Shown: positions 1 through 9,081, counted from the first letter of the stretch. The stretch: DNA of 64,000 bases from Polyangiales bacterium (GCA_046351215.1 JAXLYX010000009.1:95758-159757); one strand, 5' to 3'. Translations and numbers: made by a program. The notes: generated from the letters alone by a model not told the origin.

Positions 1-1463
1 TCCTGCTCGTAGCGCCGGAGCACGACGCGGATCGGCACGACCTCGCCGGGCAGGACCTCGCCGTCCTGGGTGGAGGCGGAGAGGAGCGTCAGCGCCGAGC
101 GCTCGAAGACGAGATCGAGCTCGACGTCCACGTCGAGGACGCGTGACTCGACGAAGGGGTTCCCGTACGCCGCCTCGAAGAGCGCGAAGGCCCGGAGCTG
201 CTGGAGGGGAGCCGCGTTGCCGGGACCCTGGGACATCACGCCGACGTCGACGAGCTCGATCGGGCCGATGCCCTCGAGCGTCACCCGCGTACGCGCACGG
301 TAGGTGACATCCGTCTGATCGCTCGCCGTCGCCTTGATCGCGTTCGCGATCGTCGCGAACGCGAGCGCGGGCGTGAGCGCACGATGGCTCGCGATGCGCA
401 CGTTCCACTCGGTCTTCCGGGCGCCGGGCACGCCGTTCAGCCGGATCCGGAGCGGGATGGTGGCCGGCTCGAGATCCTGGTCGATCACGATGCCGCTCGT
501 GCGGTCGTGGATCAGCGTCCCCCGCGGCGCGACGGCCTCGCCGATCTTGAAGGAGCGCTGCGAGCTCACGAGCACGTGGAGCACGCGCGAGGTCCACGAA
601 GGGAGCCCGATCTCGCCTTGATCCATCATCGGATGGCCGAACGCGAGGACGCGCCCGCCCTCGCCGACGTGCGTCACGGTGCCGACGGCGTTGAGCGAGA
701 TGTCCCCCGAGACGAGGGAGATCGCCATCGAGCCGCCGTCGACGTAGCGCGCCTCCGCCGCGTTCCCTCCGCCTCCGCCTCCGCCGGCCTGCACGGGCAC
801 GAGGCCGAAGGGGGCGAGCGTGGTCTCGAGCATGCGGGCCACGTCGTCGGTGACTCCGCCGAGCATCAGGGGCGTCTCGGCCGCCACCATGCCGAGCGGG
901 CCGTGCAGGGAGGCCTCCGTCCGCTCGCGCATCGACGCGAGCGCGGCGAAGGCGTCCGGCAGGCGACCGTCGCGGAAGAGCAGGGGACCGCCGGGACGGG
1001 AGAGGGCGGCCGCGGCTCCGCTCGGCGGGATCGGGCGCGCACCCGGGAAGGAGTCGGGGCGCGTCGGCCGCCGCATCTCCGCCAGCATGTTCGCGATCGG
1101 CGTGACGCCTCCGACCGGATCGGTCCCGAAGGGCCAGCCGTACGCGTAGGCGCCGGCGAGCTTGCCCTCGAGGTAGATCGGGCTGCCGCTCATCCCGCCC
1201 ACGATCCGGGCCCGCTCGAGCAGCGGATGCTCCACCCGCACGAGGATGAGGTCCTGGTCGGGACGGAAGCGCCGGAGCACGTCGATGACCTCGACGTCGA
1301 AGCGCTCGGGCTCGGTGCCGCGCAGGACGGTCAGACCGTAGCCCCGCATGCCGGGGCGGATCTCGTCCGTCGAGATCGTCACGACCTCCGGACGAGCCGC
1401 TGCCACCGTCCCGAGGAGGGCGAGAGCGGCAGCGAAGCAGAGGAACGAGAGGAAGCGTCGCAA
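1..1463 (-). CDS. SpoIVB-like peptidase S55 family serine protease; the C-terminus runs off the window start
   Basis: Absent from the ORF track because it is open at the window edge. Manual reverse translation from TTG 1463..1461 gives a signal-like N-terminus (RRFLSFLCFAAALALLGTVAAA). It continues ...LERARIVGGMSGSPIYLEGKLAGAYAYGWPF..., and GMSGSP matches the SpoIVB/S55 serine motif. GC3 bias is strong in this frame as far as position 3. The listed + ORF 384..1478 is R/G/H-rich shadow sequence. Confidence 0.6.
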   Translation of the reverse strand, partial: MRRFLSFLCFAAALALLGTVAAARPEVVTISTDEIRPGMRGYGLTVLRGTEPERFDVEVIDVLRRFRPDQDLILVRVEHPLLERARIVGGMSGSPIYLEGKLAGAYAYGWPFGTDPVGGVTPIANMLAEMRRPTRPDSFPGARPIPPSGAAAALSRPGGPLLFRDGRLPDAFAALASMRERTEASLHGPLGMVAAETPLMLGGVTDDVARMLETTLAPFGLVPVQAGGGGGGGNAAEARYVDGGSMAISLVSGDISLNAVGTVTHVGEGGRVLAFGHPMMDQGEIGLPSWTSRVLHVLVSSQRSFKIGEAVAPRGTLIHDRTSGIVIDQDLEPATIPLRIRLNGVPGARKTEWNVRIASHRALTPALAFATIANAIKATASDQTDVTYRARTRVTLEGIGPIELVDVGVMSQGPGNAAPLQQLRAFALFEAAYGNPFVESRVLDVDVELDLVFERSALTLLSASTQDGEVLPGEVVPIRVVLRRYEQ

Positions 1464-1512
1464 GGCGTGCCATCCTAGCGCGCACCCGGTCGGGCGCGGA
1501 ACCCGCTTCGTC

Positions 1513-2004
1513 TCAGCCTTCGAGGCCTTCCCTGCCGCTGCCCGAGACGTCGAGCGAGAGGACGAGCTCCTTCAGCGTCTCGAGCTGGAACGGTTTCACG
1601 AGGTAGGCGGAGACGCCGGCCGCGTTCGCGGCGTCGCCGACGCCGGGGCCGTCGTTGGCGAGGAGGATCACGGGGACGCCCGGCGCTCGCTCGCGCACGT
1701 GACGCGCGAGCTCGAGGCCGTCCATGCCGGGCAGATCCTCGGCGAGGAGCACGAGATCCACCGGCCACTCGGCGAGGAGGGCGAGCGCGCCGTCCGACGA
1801 GCTGGTCCCGACGACGCGATGGCCGAGGACCGTCAGCATGCGGGCGAGGCCCCATTGGAGGTCCGGATCGTTCTCGACCACGAGGACGCCGCGCATCCGC
1901 GGCGCCGCCTGCTTCGGGGGAAGCTTCGAGTCGCGCGTGGCGGGCGCGGGGATCGACGAATCCCGGCGCGTCCTGCCCACTTGTCGCTCGATCGGCTCCG
2001 TCAT
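1513..2004 (-). CDS. stand-alone response regulator receiver (CheY-like)
   Basis: This is the C-terminal part of track ORF 1513..2886: MRGVLVVENDPD...VDLVLLAEDLPGMDG...AYLVKPF. It shows the acidic pocket, the phospho-acceptor Asp and the conserved Lys. The rest of the 457-aa ORF is antisense to the HAD-like gene, so it was trimmed to ATG 2004, where the extension is GC3-rich. ATG 1896 is an alternative start. Confidence 0.8.
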   Translation of the reverse strand: MTEPIERQVGRTRRDSSIPAPATRDSKLPPKQAAPRMRGVLVVENDPDLQWGLARMLTVLGHRVVGTSSSDGALALLAEWPVDLVLLAEDLPGMDGLELARHVRERAPGVPVILLANDGPGVGDAANAAGVSAYLVKPFQLETLKELVLSLDVSGSGREGLEG

Positions 2005-2163
2005 CCCGACGTCCCGTCCCCCCGTTCCCTGGCCCAACGCCCACCATACGTGGCCGGGCCTCCCGAGGCAACGCCCCGGACTCGGCGAAACCATGACGGT
2101 TTCGCAAGGAAAGGCGGACGACCGGCGTTGCGGGGCCGGTCCCGCCCCTGGTAGGGTCGCTGC

Positions 2164-2904
2164 GTGCTGCCCCCGCCGCTGCCACGTCAGATCGAGGTCC
2201 TCCAATACGTCCTCGATCGGGTCGCCGTCGAATCCGCCGACGGCGGGCGACCGCCCGTCGTGGCCTTCGGTCTCGACGGAACGCTCCTCGACACCCGGAC
2301 CCGCACCCTCCACATCCTCCGCGAGCTCGCGGAGGAGATCCGGGGGGAAGCCGCGGACGTCGCCGAGGCCCTCGAGAGCCTCGTGCCCGCGGAGGTCCAC
2401 TCGCTCCTCGGCGAGACGCTGCGCGGCGTGGGCATCGTGCAGGCGCCCCTCGTGCGGCGCATCACGCAGTTCTGGCGGAGCCGCTTCTACGAGGAGGCGT
2501 ACCTCCCGCTCGACGTCGCCTGCCCGGGAGGCGTCGACTACGTGCGGCGGCTCCACGCCGCCGGGGCGCTCGTCGTCTACGTCTCGGGCCGCGACGTGCC
2601 CGGCATGCTGGCCGGCACGGTGGAGAGCCTGCGCGACCACGGCTTCCCGATCGTCGAGCTCGGCGTCTCCCTCGTGATGAAGCCCGACGCGACGCTCGGG
2701 GACGACGCGTTCTTCCGGAGCACGGTGCCCGCGCTCGAGCGGCTCGGGGACCTCGTCGCGCTCTTCGACTGCGATCCGGTCGTCTGCGAGCTGACGCGCG
2801 CCGTCCATCCGAACGCCGCGGTCGGCCTCGTCGATCACTGGCCCCCGAACCCGTACGAGGGGCTCGAGGGCGTCGACCGCATCCACGACTTCCGGATGGG
2901 CTGA
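2164..2904 (+). CDS. HAD-like hydrolase superfamily protein
   Basis: GTG start with high GC3. The motif-I-like string VVAFGLDGTLLDT has Gly where the nucleophilic Asp is expected. VVYVSGRD is motif-II-like and ALFDCDPVV is motif-IV-like. Confidence 0.6.
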   Translation: MLPPPLPRQIEVLQYVLDRVAVESADGGRPPVVAFGLDGTLLDTRTRTLHILRELAEEIRGEAADVAEALESLVPAEVHSLLGETLRGVGIVQAPLVRRITQFWRSRFYEEAYLPLDVACPGGVDYVRRLHAAGALVVYVSGRDVPGMLAGTVESLRDHGFPIVELGVSLVMKPDATLGDDAFFRSTVPALERLGDLVALFDCDPVVCELTRAVHPNAAVGLVDHWPPNPYEGLEGVDRIHDFRMG

Positions 2905-3011
2905 AGAGGCGTCGCCAAATCGCCCGTGAACGGCTTGCGTCCTCGCGCCGAACCTCGAAATACCGGCGTATTCCTTCGGCTCGGCGCTGCGGGCGCGCTC
3001 GCTCCCGGGCG

Positions 3012-3019
3012 ATTTTTCG
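3012..3019. repeat. target-site duplication, left copy (ATTTTTCG)
   Basis: This 8-mer abuts the IR and is identical to 4401..4408. An 8-bp TSD is the size expected for ISL3 elements. Confidence 0.85.
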
Positions 3020-3043
3020 GGCTCTCCTGACGGACCCGTGGGT
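3020..3043. repeat. ISL3 terminal inverted repeat, transposase 3' side
   Basis: GGCTCTCCTGACGGACCCGTGGGT matches the reverse complement of 4377..4400 at 22 of 24 positions. Confidence 0.9.
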
Positions 3044-4293
3044 CATTTCCTCCCCGGTAGCGGCGGGCAGAGTCCTCCGAGCTTGAGCATGGCGAGCGCG
3101 ATGAGGGGCTCGTGGGAGTGAAACCCGAAGGCCAGTCGGGTGAGGAGCCTGAGCTTGGTGTTTGCCGCCTCGACGCGGGCGTTCGAGAGCCGGAGCGTGA
3201 GCGTGGCGACGATGGTGTCGCGCTTGTCGCGAATCGAACGAGCGAGCTTCACGAAGGGGGCGAGCCTCGAGCGCGAGGCCCAGGCGACGAAGTAGTCGAG
3301 CATGTTCACGGCCTGCTGTCCCTGGTGCTTGAAGACGTCGCGCAGGTGCTCTTTGAGGAGGTAGGCACGGTAGAGGGGCCGGTTCTCCCGTTCGATGCTC
3401 ACGAGGCTGACGCGTTGTTCCCTCGTGAGGTCCTCGGGGTTCTTCCAGAGCGCCCAGCGGGCCCCCTTGAGCGACTTCGCGCTCGCCTTCTGACCGCCGC
3501 GCCGGAGGTCGTTCCACACCGAGCGTCGCACCTCGTCGAGGGCCTTCGTGGCCCACTGCACGACGTGGAACGGGTCCATGCAGAGCGTCGCGTTCGGGCA
3601 CCGTTCGCGGATGACGTTCGGAATCCACGAGGCCGCGTCCGCGCTGACGAGCTCGATCTTGCGGGAGCGTTCAGGACCGAGAGCATCGAAGAAGCGACCG
3701 AGGGTTGCCTCGTCCTTCCCAGGGCTCGCCCACAAGAGCCTGCCGGAATCGTGGTCGACGACGACTGTGAGGTAGCGATGCCCCTTGCGGTAGGAGACCT
3801 CGTCGATGCCGATGCGCGTGACGTTCGCGAAGGGGTCGAACGTCGCGCGCATGCTCTTCGCGACGCGTTCGAGAATCTTCCCGACGGTCCGCCACGCGAT
3901 GCGCAGCAGCGACGCGAGCGTGGTCTTGTCCGTGCGCACCGCGAGCCACGTGACCTGGTCCTCGAACGCGCGCGTGAACGAGCTCCCCGGTCGCGCCCAC
4001 GGTACGCGCTGCACGACGACGCCGTGCTCGGGACACCGCACACGCGGCGCCTCGGCCTCGATGCGCGTCTCCTGAAGCCCGAAGTCGAGCGACCGCCACG
4101 ACCGAACCCCGTCGCCGCGGTCGTACCCGGGACAGTGTCGACCGCACTGCGAGCACCGCCCCTCCTCCTTCCGAGTAGGGCGGACTCGGAGCACCAGGGC
4201 GGCGCCCTCCGGGCTCGCCCCCGACCACCGCACATCTTCCAGCACGGCGCGCTCGACACCGAACGCGCGAAGCAACATCCTCGCGTTGCGCAC
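3043..4293 (-). CDS. ISL3 family transposase
   Basis: 416 aa. It has an N-terminal Cys-rich zinc-finger region (CSQCGRHCPGY...RVRCPEHG) and a DDE region (IGIDEVSYRKGHRYLTVVVDHDSGRLLW...SADAASWI...DPFHVVQW). The C-terminal ...NARVEAANTKLRLLTRLAFGF is typical of ISL3 transposases. The stop codon lies inside the terminal IR. Confidence 0.92.
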   Translation of the reverse strand: MRNARMLLRAFGVERAVLEDVRWSGASPEGAALVLRVRPTRKEEGRCSQCGRHCPGYDRGDGVRSWRSLDFGLQETRIEAEAPRVRCPEHGVVVQRVPWARPGSSFTRAFEDQVTWLAVRTDKTTLASLLRIAWRTVGKILERVAKSMRATFDPFANVTRIGIDEVSYRKGHRYLTVVVDHDSGRLLWASPGKDEATLGRFFDALGPERSRKIELVSADAASWIPNVIRERCPNATLCMDPFHVVQWATKALDEVRRSVWNDLRRGGQKASAKSLKGARWALWKNPEDLTREQRVSLVSIERENRPLYRAYLLKEHLRDVFKHQGQQAVNMLDYFVAWASRSRLAPFVKLARSIRDKRDTIVATLTLRLSNARVEAANTKLRLLTRLAFGFHSHEPLIALAMLKLGGLCPPLPGRK

Positions 4294-4376
4294 TCCCCGC
4301 CACCTCTTGGTTCCGGCCTAGACAACCGAATCCTGCGGCGAACGGGGGGTGCGCGCTCGTTTCAGCCTCCGAGGCC

Positions 4377-4400
4377 ACCCACGGCTACGTCAGGAGAGCC
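4377..4400. repeat. ISL3 terminal inverted repeat, transposase 5' side
   Basis: The reverse complement is GGCTCTCCTGACGTAGCCGTGGGT, matching 3020..3043 at 22 of 24 positions. Confidence 0.9.
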
Positions 4401-4408
4401 ATTTTTCG
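4401..4408. repeat. target-site duplication, right copy (ATTTTTCG)
   Basis: Identical to 3012..3019 and directly abutting the other IR. Confidence 0.85.
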
Positions 4409-4436
4409 ACACCTCTCGTGCCCGGCGGGCTCCGCG

Positions 4437-5309
4437 TCAGACGCGGAAGGGCGTGCCGAGCTCGCGCGTCAATCCGACGAAGGCCTCGTCGATGCGCCGC
4501 ATCAACGGCCTCTCGCCGGTGCCGATCGTCACGCCGTCGAGCGTGGCGACCGGGACGATCCGCGCTCCCGTACCGGTCAGGAAGCACTCGTCGGCCTCGA
4601 GGAGATCGAAGCGCGAGAGCGAGGCCTCGCGGGCCGGGACGCCGAGCCTCGCGGCCAGCTCGAGGACGCTCCGCCGCGTGATGCCGCCGAGCGCGCCGTC
4701 GGTCGTCGGGGGCGTGAGCAGCTCGCCCCTCTGCGCGACGAAGACGTTCGCCACGGCCGCCTCGGCGACCAGGCCGCGCACGTTGAGGACCAGCGCCTCG
4801 TCCGCGCCGCGGAGCCGGCTCTCGCGCTTCGCGAGCACGCTGTTCAGGTAGTTGAGGCTCTTCACCCGCGGATCGAGCTGATCCGGCCCCGGCTTGCGGT
4901 TGCTCGCCGTGATCATGTCGAGGCCGCGTGCGCGCTTCTCGGCCGGGAAGAGCGTGATGTCCGAGACGATGCAGATCGTCACGGGATCCTTGCACGTCGT
5001 CGGATCGACGCCGAGCGGGCCCTCGCCGCGCGTCACGACCAGGCGGATGTAGGCGTCGTCGCGGCCGTGCGCGCGACAGGTCGAGAGCACGATCTCGCGC
5101 ATGCGGGCGACGCCGCCGGGGAGGGCGAGCCCGATCGCGGCGGCCCCGATCTCGAGTCGACGCAGGTGATCGTCCAGGCGGAATACGGCCCCGGCGTTCA
5201 CGCGGATGCCCTCGAAGACCCCGTCTCCGTAGAGGAGGCCGTGGTCGAGCACCGAGACCCGCGCTTCGTTCGCCGCGCAGATCCGCCCATCGATCGCGAT
5301 CGTCGTCAT
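4437..5309 (-). CDS. ilvE: branched-chain amino acid aminotransferase (fold type IV)
   Basis: Track ORF 4437..5489 trimmed to the internal start MTTIAIDGR (290 aa). Motifs include VLDHGLLYGDGVFEGIRV, DAYIRLVVTRGEG, KSLNYLNSVLAKRE and ECFLTGTGARIVPV. The upstream 60 aa are R/G-rich. Confidence 0.8.
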   Translation of the reverse strand: MTTIAIDGRICAANEARVSVLDHGLLYGDGVFEGIRVNAGAVFRLDDHLRRLEIGAAAIGLALPGGVARMREIVLSTCRAHGRDDAYIRLVVTRGEGPLGVDPTTCKDPVTICIVSDITLFPAEKRARGLDMITASNRKPGPDQLDPRVKSLNYLNSVLAKRESRLRGADEALVLNVRGLVAEAAVANVFVAQRGELLTPPTTDGALGGITRRSVLELAARLGVPAREASLSRFDLLEADECFLTGTGARIVPVATLDGVTIGTGERPLMRRIDEAFVGLTRELGTPFRV

Positions 5310-6091
5310 GTCCCTTTCCCTTCGAGCCGGCGCGCGATGCGCGCGGCGGCCTGTTCGAGCCGCTCGGCGAGCCGATCCCCGCCGAGCGCCGCGAAGCGCT
5401 CTTGCGCGCATGCCAGCGCGAGCGCTCCGACCATCGTCCCATCCGTCGTCCGGATCGCGGCCGAGACGACCGCGAGGCCCGGAACCCACTCGCTGACGTT
5501 CGTCGCGTGGCCGAGGCGTCTCGCGTCCTCGATGCGCGCTTCGAGCGTCTCCTTCGCGACCGGCGTGCGCTCCGTGAACGCCTCGAGCGGGTAGCGGGGC
5601 TTCTTAAGCTTGTCCGGCGCGAAGGCGAGGAAGAGCCGGCCCGCGGCCGTCGCGTGGACAGGCACCCGGGCGCCCACGGTCGGCGCGGCCCGGAGGAGAC
5701 CCGTGCCCTGCACCTCGTCGAGGACCACGAGCTCGCCCCCGCGCGCGCCGACGACGAAGAGGGTCTCGCCGACCGATTTCGCCTCCTCCTCGAGCACGGG
5801 GCGAGCGGCGGCCACGAGGGGATCCCGCGCGAGCACGCCGAGGCCGAGGGCGACGAGGGCCATGCCGGGGCGGTAGAGGCCGGCGTCGTCCTTCTCGACG
5901 AGGCCGCGACGGACGAGGACACCGAGCAGGCGATGCGCGGTCGATTTCGGCAACCCGAGCGCGCGCGCGATCGCGCTCACGCCGAGGGCGGAGCGCTCCT
6001 CGTGGAGATGGAAGAGCACGTCGAACGCCCGCTCGATCGCGGCCGTCCCTTCGCCCGTCGTTCCGCCATGTGGAACGCTGTTCCCTTCCAT
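5306..6091 (-). CDS. IclR family transcriptional regulator
   Basis: It has an N-terminal wHTH (AIERAFDVLFHL...LGVSAIARALGLPKSTAHRLLGVLVRRGLV) and an IclR-type effector domain (GARVPVHATAAGRLFLAF...GLAVVSAAI). Its stop overlaps the ilvE start as ATGA at 5306..5309. Confidence 0.88.
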   Translation of the reverse strand: MEGNSVPHGGTTGEGTAAIERAFDVLFHLHEERSALGVSAIARALGLPKSTAHRLLGVLVRRGLVEKDDAGLYRPGMALVALGLGVLARDPLVAAARPVLEEEAKSVGETLFVVGARGGELVVLDEVQGTGLLRAAPTVGARVPVHATAAGRLFLAFAPDKLKKPRYPLEAFTERTPVAKETLEARIEDARRLGHATNVSEWVPGLAVVSAAIRTTDGTMVGALALACAQERFAALGGDRLAERLEQAAARIARRLEGKGT

Positions 6092-6162
6092 GGAACGATG
6101 GTAGCGGTCGCAAGGAGGACGTCAAGGCAGGCGGGGGACCGCGCCCGTGGTAGGAATCCGCG

Positions 6163-7488
6163 ATGGGAGGGCCGATGGAGGAACGAACGAAGGGGCCTTG
6201 GTACCGCTCGGGGACCTTCTACATCTTCCTCGGGCTCGGGCTCGGCGTGGCGCTCGGGGGCTTCCTCCCGGCCGATCGCCATCCCGAGGCCTACCAGCTC
6301 TTCCGCTTCCTCTCGAAGGCCTTCGTCTCCCTGATCAAGGGCCTCATCGTGCCCCTCCTCGTCTCGACGATCGTGGTCGGCGTGGCGCAGACGGGCGACA
6401 TCAAGGCCGTCGGGCGGATGGGCGGCAAGGCGCTCCTCTACTTCGAGCTCGTCACGACGATCGCGCTCTTCGTCGGCCTCTTCGTCGCGAACGTGCTGCG
6501 GCCGGGCGACGGGCTGCCGCTCGACCGCGCGGCGACCGCGGAGGGCGTGATCCCGCAGCATCCGCCCTCGGGATGGGAGCTCGCCCTGCACCTCTTCCCT
6601 TCGAACGTCGTGGAGCACGCGGCGAAGGGCGAGATCCTGCAGGTCGTCGTCTTCTCCGTGCTCTTCGGCATCGCGCTCACGCGGGTCGGCGAGGTCGGAC
6701 GGCCGGTCGGCTCGTTCTTCGAGGGCGTGGCGAAGGTCATGTTCGCCTACACGGACATGATCATGAAGCTGACGCCGATCGGCGTCTTCGGCGCCATGGC
6801 CTACAACGTGAGCCACATGGCCGCCGGCCACGAGGTCGCGGGCGAGGTGATCCGCGGCTGGCCCGCGGTGCTCTACCTGCTCGGGCGGTACGCGCGCCTC
6901 GTCGGCAGCCTCTACCTCGCGCTCGGCCTGCTCTTCCTCTTCGTCTTCCTGCCCGTCCTCTTCCTCGTGCGGGTGCGTCCGCTCGACTTCTTCCGCGCGA
7001 TCCGCGAGCCGATGATCACGGCGTTCAGCACGGCCTCGAGCGAGGCCGCCCTGCCTCGGCTCCTCGAGGTGCTCGTCGACTTCGGCGTCCCCCGTCGCGT
7101 CGCGAGCTTCGTGCTGCCCGCCGGGTATTCGTTCAACCTCGACGGCTCGACGCTCTACCTCGTGCTCGCGAGCCTCACGATCGCGCAGGCCGCGGGCGTG
7201 GAGATGTCGATCGGGCAGCAGCTCGTGATGCTCTCGACCTTCCTCCTCACGTCGAAGGGAGTGGCCGGCGTGCCGCGCGCGACGCTCGTGATCATCGCGG
7301 GGACCTGCGCGGGCTTCGGGCTCCCGGGCGAGGCCGGCATCGCGATGATCCTCGCCGTCGACGAGGTGATGGACATGGCGCGCACCGTCACGAACGTCAC
7401 GGGCAACGCGCTCGCCTCCGTCGTCATCGCCCGCTGGGAGGGCGTGTTCGGCGTGCCCGACGAGGCGCCGCCTCCGGAGTCGGCCTGA
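6163..7488 (+). CDS. dicarboxylate/amino acid:cation symporter (DAACS, GltP/DctA-like)
   Basis: 441 aa, polytopic. Strings include FLSKAFVSLIKGLIVPLLVSTIVVGVA, FSTASSEAALP, GYSFNLDGSTLY and VAGVPRATLVIIA...DEVMDMARTVTNVTGN. Confidence 0.88.
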   Translation: MGGPMEERTKGPWYRSGTFYIFLGLGLGVALGGFLPADRHPEAYQLFRFLSKAFVSLIKGLIVPLLVSTIVVGVAQTGDIKAVGRMGGKALLYFELVTTIALFVGLFVANVLRPGDGLPLDRAATAEGVIPQHPPSGWELALHLFPSNVVEHAAKGEILQVVVFSVLFGIALTRVGEVGRPVGSFFEGVAKVMFAYTDMIMKLTPIGVFGAMAYNVSHMAAGHEVAGEVIRGWPAVLYLLGRYARLVGSLYLALGLLFLFVFLPVLFLVRVRPLDFFRAIREPMITAFSTASSEAALPRLLEVLVDFGVPRRVASFVLPAGYSFNLDGSTLYLVLASLTIAQAAGVEMSIGQQLVMLSTFLLTSKGVAGVPRATLVIIAGTCAGFGLPGEAGIAMILAVDEVMDMARTVTNVTGNALASVVIARWEGVFGVPDEAPPPESA

Positions 7489-8110
7489 GCTTCGCGTGCA
7501 CCATCTCGCGCAGGGCGCCGATCATCCGCGGGTAGCTGCGATCGCCGAGGAAGCTCGCATAGAGCGAGACGCCGGAGGTGAGCGCGAGCAGCAGGGTGAC
7601 GACGGCGTCGACGTCGGTCCCCGCGGGGAGCTCGCCGCGGGCCTCCGCCCGACGGAGGAGGTCCGAGAGGATCCGATCGGTCCGCACGGGGCAGCGCGCG
7701 ATCGCTCGCGCGAGCTCCTCGTCGCTCCGCATCTCGCGGGCCGTGCCGGCGAGGAAGACGAGCAGGCTCTCGTCCCGCTCGTGGAGAGCGAGCGAGCCGT
7801 CGAAGAGTGCGTCGAGCTGGGCGACGAGGCTGCCCGCCTTCGCGGCGGCCGCGTAGGTCTCGGCGAGCTCCCGCTCCGACGCCCGGAAGACCGTGACGTA
7901 GAGATCGAGCTTCGACTGGAAGTAGTGGTAGAGGGTCGCCGTCGTGACCTCGGCCTCGTCCGCGATCTGCCGGTTCCGGGCGTTCGCGTACCCCTGCTCG
8001 GCGAAGACCCTCCGCGCCGCGCGGACGATGCGGTCGTGCGTCTCCTCGGACGAGCCGCCCTTCGGCCGTCCCGGTCTCGCCTTCTCGCTCCCGGCTCGCG
8101 CTCTCGCCAT
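7424..8110 (-). CDS. TetR/AcrR family transcriptional regulator
   Basis: The N-terminal HTH reads HDRIVRAARRVFAEQGYANARNRQIADEAEVTTATLYHYFQSKLDLY. The R/P-rich C-terminal tail overlaps the 3' end of the convergent transporter gene by 65 bp. Confidence 0.85.
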   Translation of the reverse strand: MARARAGSEKARPGRPKGGSSEETHDRIVRAARRVFAEQGYANARNRQIADEAEVTTATLYHYFQSKLDLYVTVFRASERELAETYAAAAKAGSLVAQLDALFDGSLALHERDESLLVFLAGTAREMRSDEELARAIARCPVRTDRILSDLLRRAEARGELPAGTDVDAVVTLLLALTSGVSLYASFLGDRSYPRMIGALREMVHAKLRPTPEAAPRRARRTRPPSGR

Positions 8111-8208
8111 CGCTCCCGAACCTAACCGATCGGCGGATCGATTGTCGCCGTTGCCCCGGCGTCGTGGGTCGCCATCATGGACGGGTCCCCCGATCGAAAG
8201 GCCGACCG

Positions 8209-9081
8209 ATGCGGTTCTCCTACGCCGAAGCGATGTGCGATCCGAGCTACTACGTGCACCTGGCGAAGGCCGCCGAGGAGGCGGGGTACGACTCGATGAC
8301 GGTGCCCGACAGCATCTGCTACCCGGAGCACTCGGACGCCAAGTACCCGTACAACGGCACGGGGGAGCGGCAGTTCCTCGAGGACAAGCCGATCATCGAG
8401 CCGTTCACGCTGATCCCCGCGCTCGGCGCCGTGACCTCGCGCATCCGCTTCGCGACCTACGTCGTGAAGCTCCCGATCCGCTCGCCCGTCCTCGTCGCCA
8501 AGTCGGTGACCTCGGTCGCCGTGATGACGAACGACCGCTTCTCCTTCGGCGTCGGCACGAGCCCGTGGCCCGAGGACTTCCAGGTCTGCTTCCAGGACTG
8601 GAAGACCCGCGGCAAGCGCATGGACGAGATGATCGAGATCATCCGCGGCCTCGCGAAGGGCGGCTTCTACGAATTCCACAGCCCGCACTACGACATCCCG
8701 CGCATCAAGCTCTGCCCGGTGCCGAATCGGCCGGTGCCGATCCTGATCGGCGGTCATGCCGAGGCCGCGCTCGCCCGCGCCGCCCGCCTCGGCGACGGAT
8801 GGATGTTCGCCGGCGGCAAGACGGACGAGCTCGTCACCTGCCTCGCACGCCTCACGGAGCTGCGGAAGCAGCACGGCACCGAGAACCAGCCCTTCGAGGT
8901 CCACGCGGCCTCGATCGACGGCTTCACCCTCGACGGAGTGAAGCGGCTCGAGGATCTCGGAGTCACCGATCTCGTCGTCGGCTTCCGCAACGCCTACGCC
9001 GAGCAGCAGGACTCGCAGCCGCTCGACGTGAAGCTCGCGATGCTGCGGAAGTACGCGGACAAGATCATCGCGAAGCTGTGA
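8209..9081 (+). CDS. LLM-class (luciferase-like) flavin/F420-dependent oxidoreductase
   Basis: Track ORF 8164..9081 trimmed to MRFSYAEAM. Strings include AAEEAGYDSMTVPDS, RIRFATYVVKLPIRSPVLVAKSV.SVAVMTNDRFSFGVG and PILIGGHAEAALARAARLGDGW. Confidence 0.78.
   Translation: MRFSYAEAMCDPSYYVHLAKAAEEAGYDSMTVPDSICYPEHSDAKYPYNGTGERQFLEDKPIIEPFTLIPALGAVTSRIRFATYVVKLPIRSPVLVAKSVTSVAVMTNDRFSFGVGTSPWPEDFQVCFQDWKTRGKRMDEMIEIIRGLAKGGFYEFHSPHYDIPRIKLCPVPNRPVPILIGGHAEAALARAARLGDGWMFAGGKTDELVTCLARLTELRKQHGTENQPFEVHAASIDGFTLDGVKRLEDLGVTDLVVGFRNAYAEQQDSQPLDVKLAMLRKYADKIIAKL

Larger units (their letters stand above)
3020..4400 (-). mobile_element. ISL3-family insertion sequence, apparently intact (1381 bp)
   Basis: A single transposase ORF is bounded by 24-bp imperfect terminal inverted repeats that start GGCTCTCCTGACG. 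The element is flanked by the identical 8-bp direct repeat ATTTTTCG. Confidence 0.9.

Noticed and set aside
1513-2886. The full 457-aa ORF as a large response regulator with an N-terminal output domain.
   Set aside because: Only the C-terminal ~160 aa are receiver-like. The upstream part is antisense to the well-supported HAD-like gene (2164..2904) and is E/R/D/G-rich junk.
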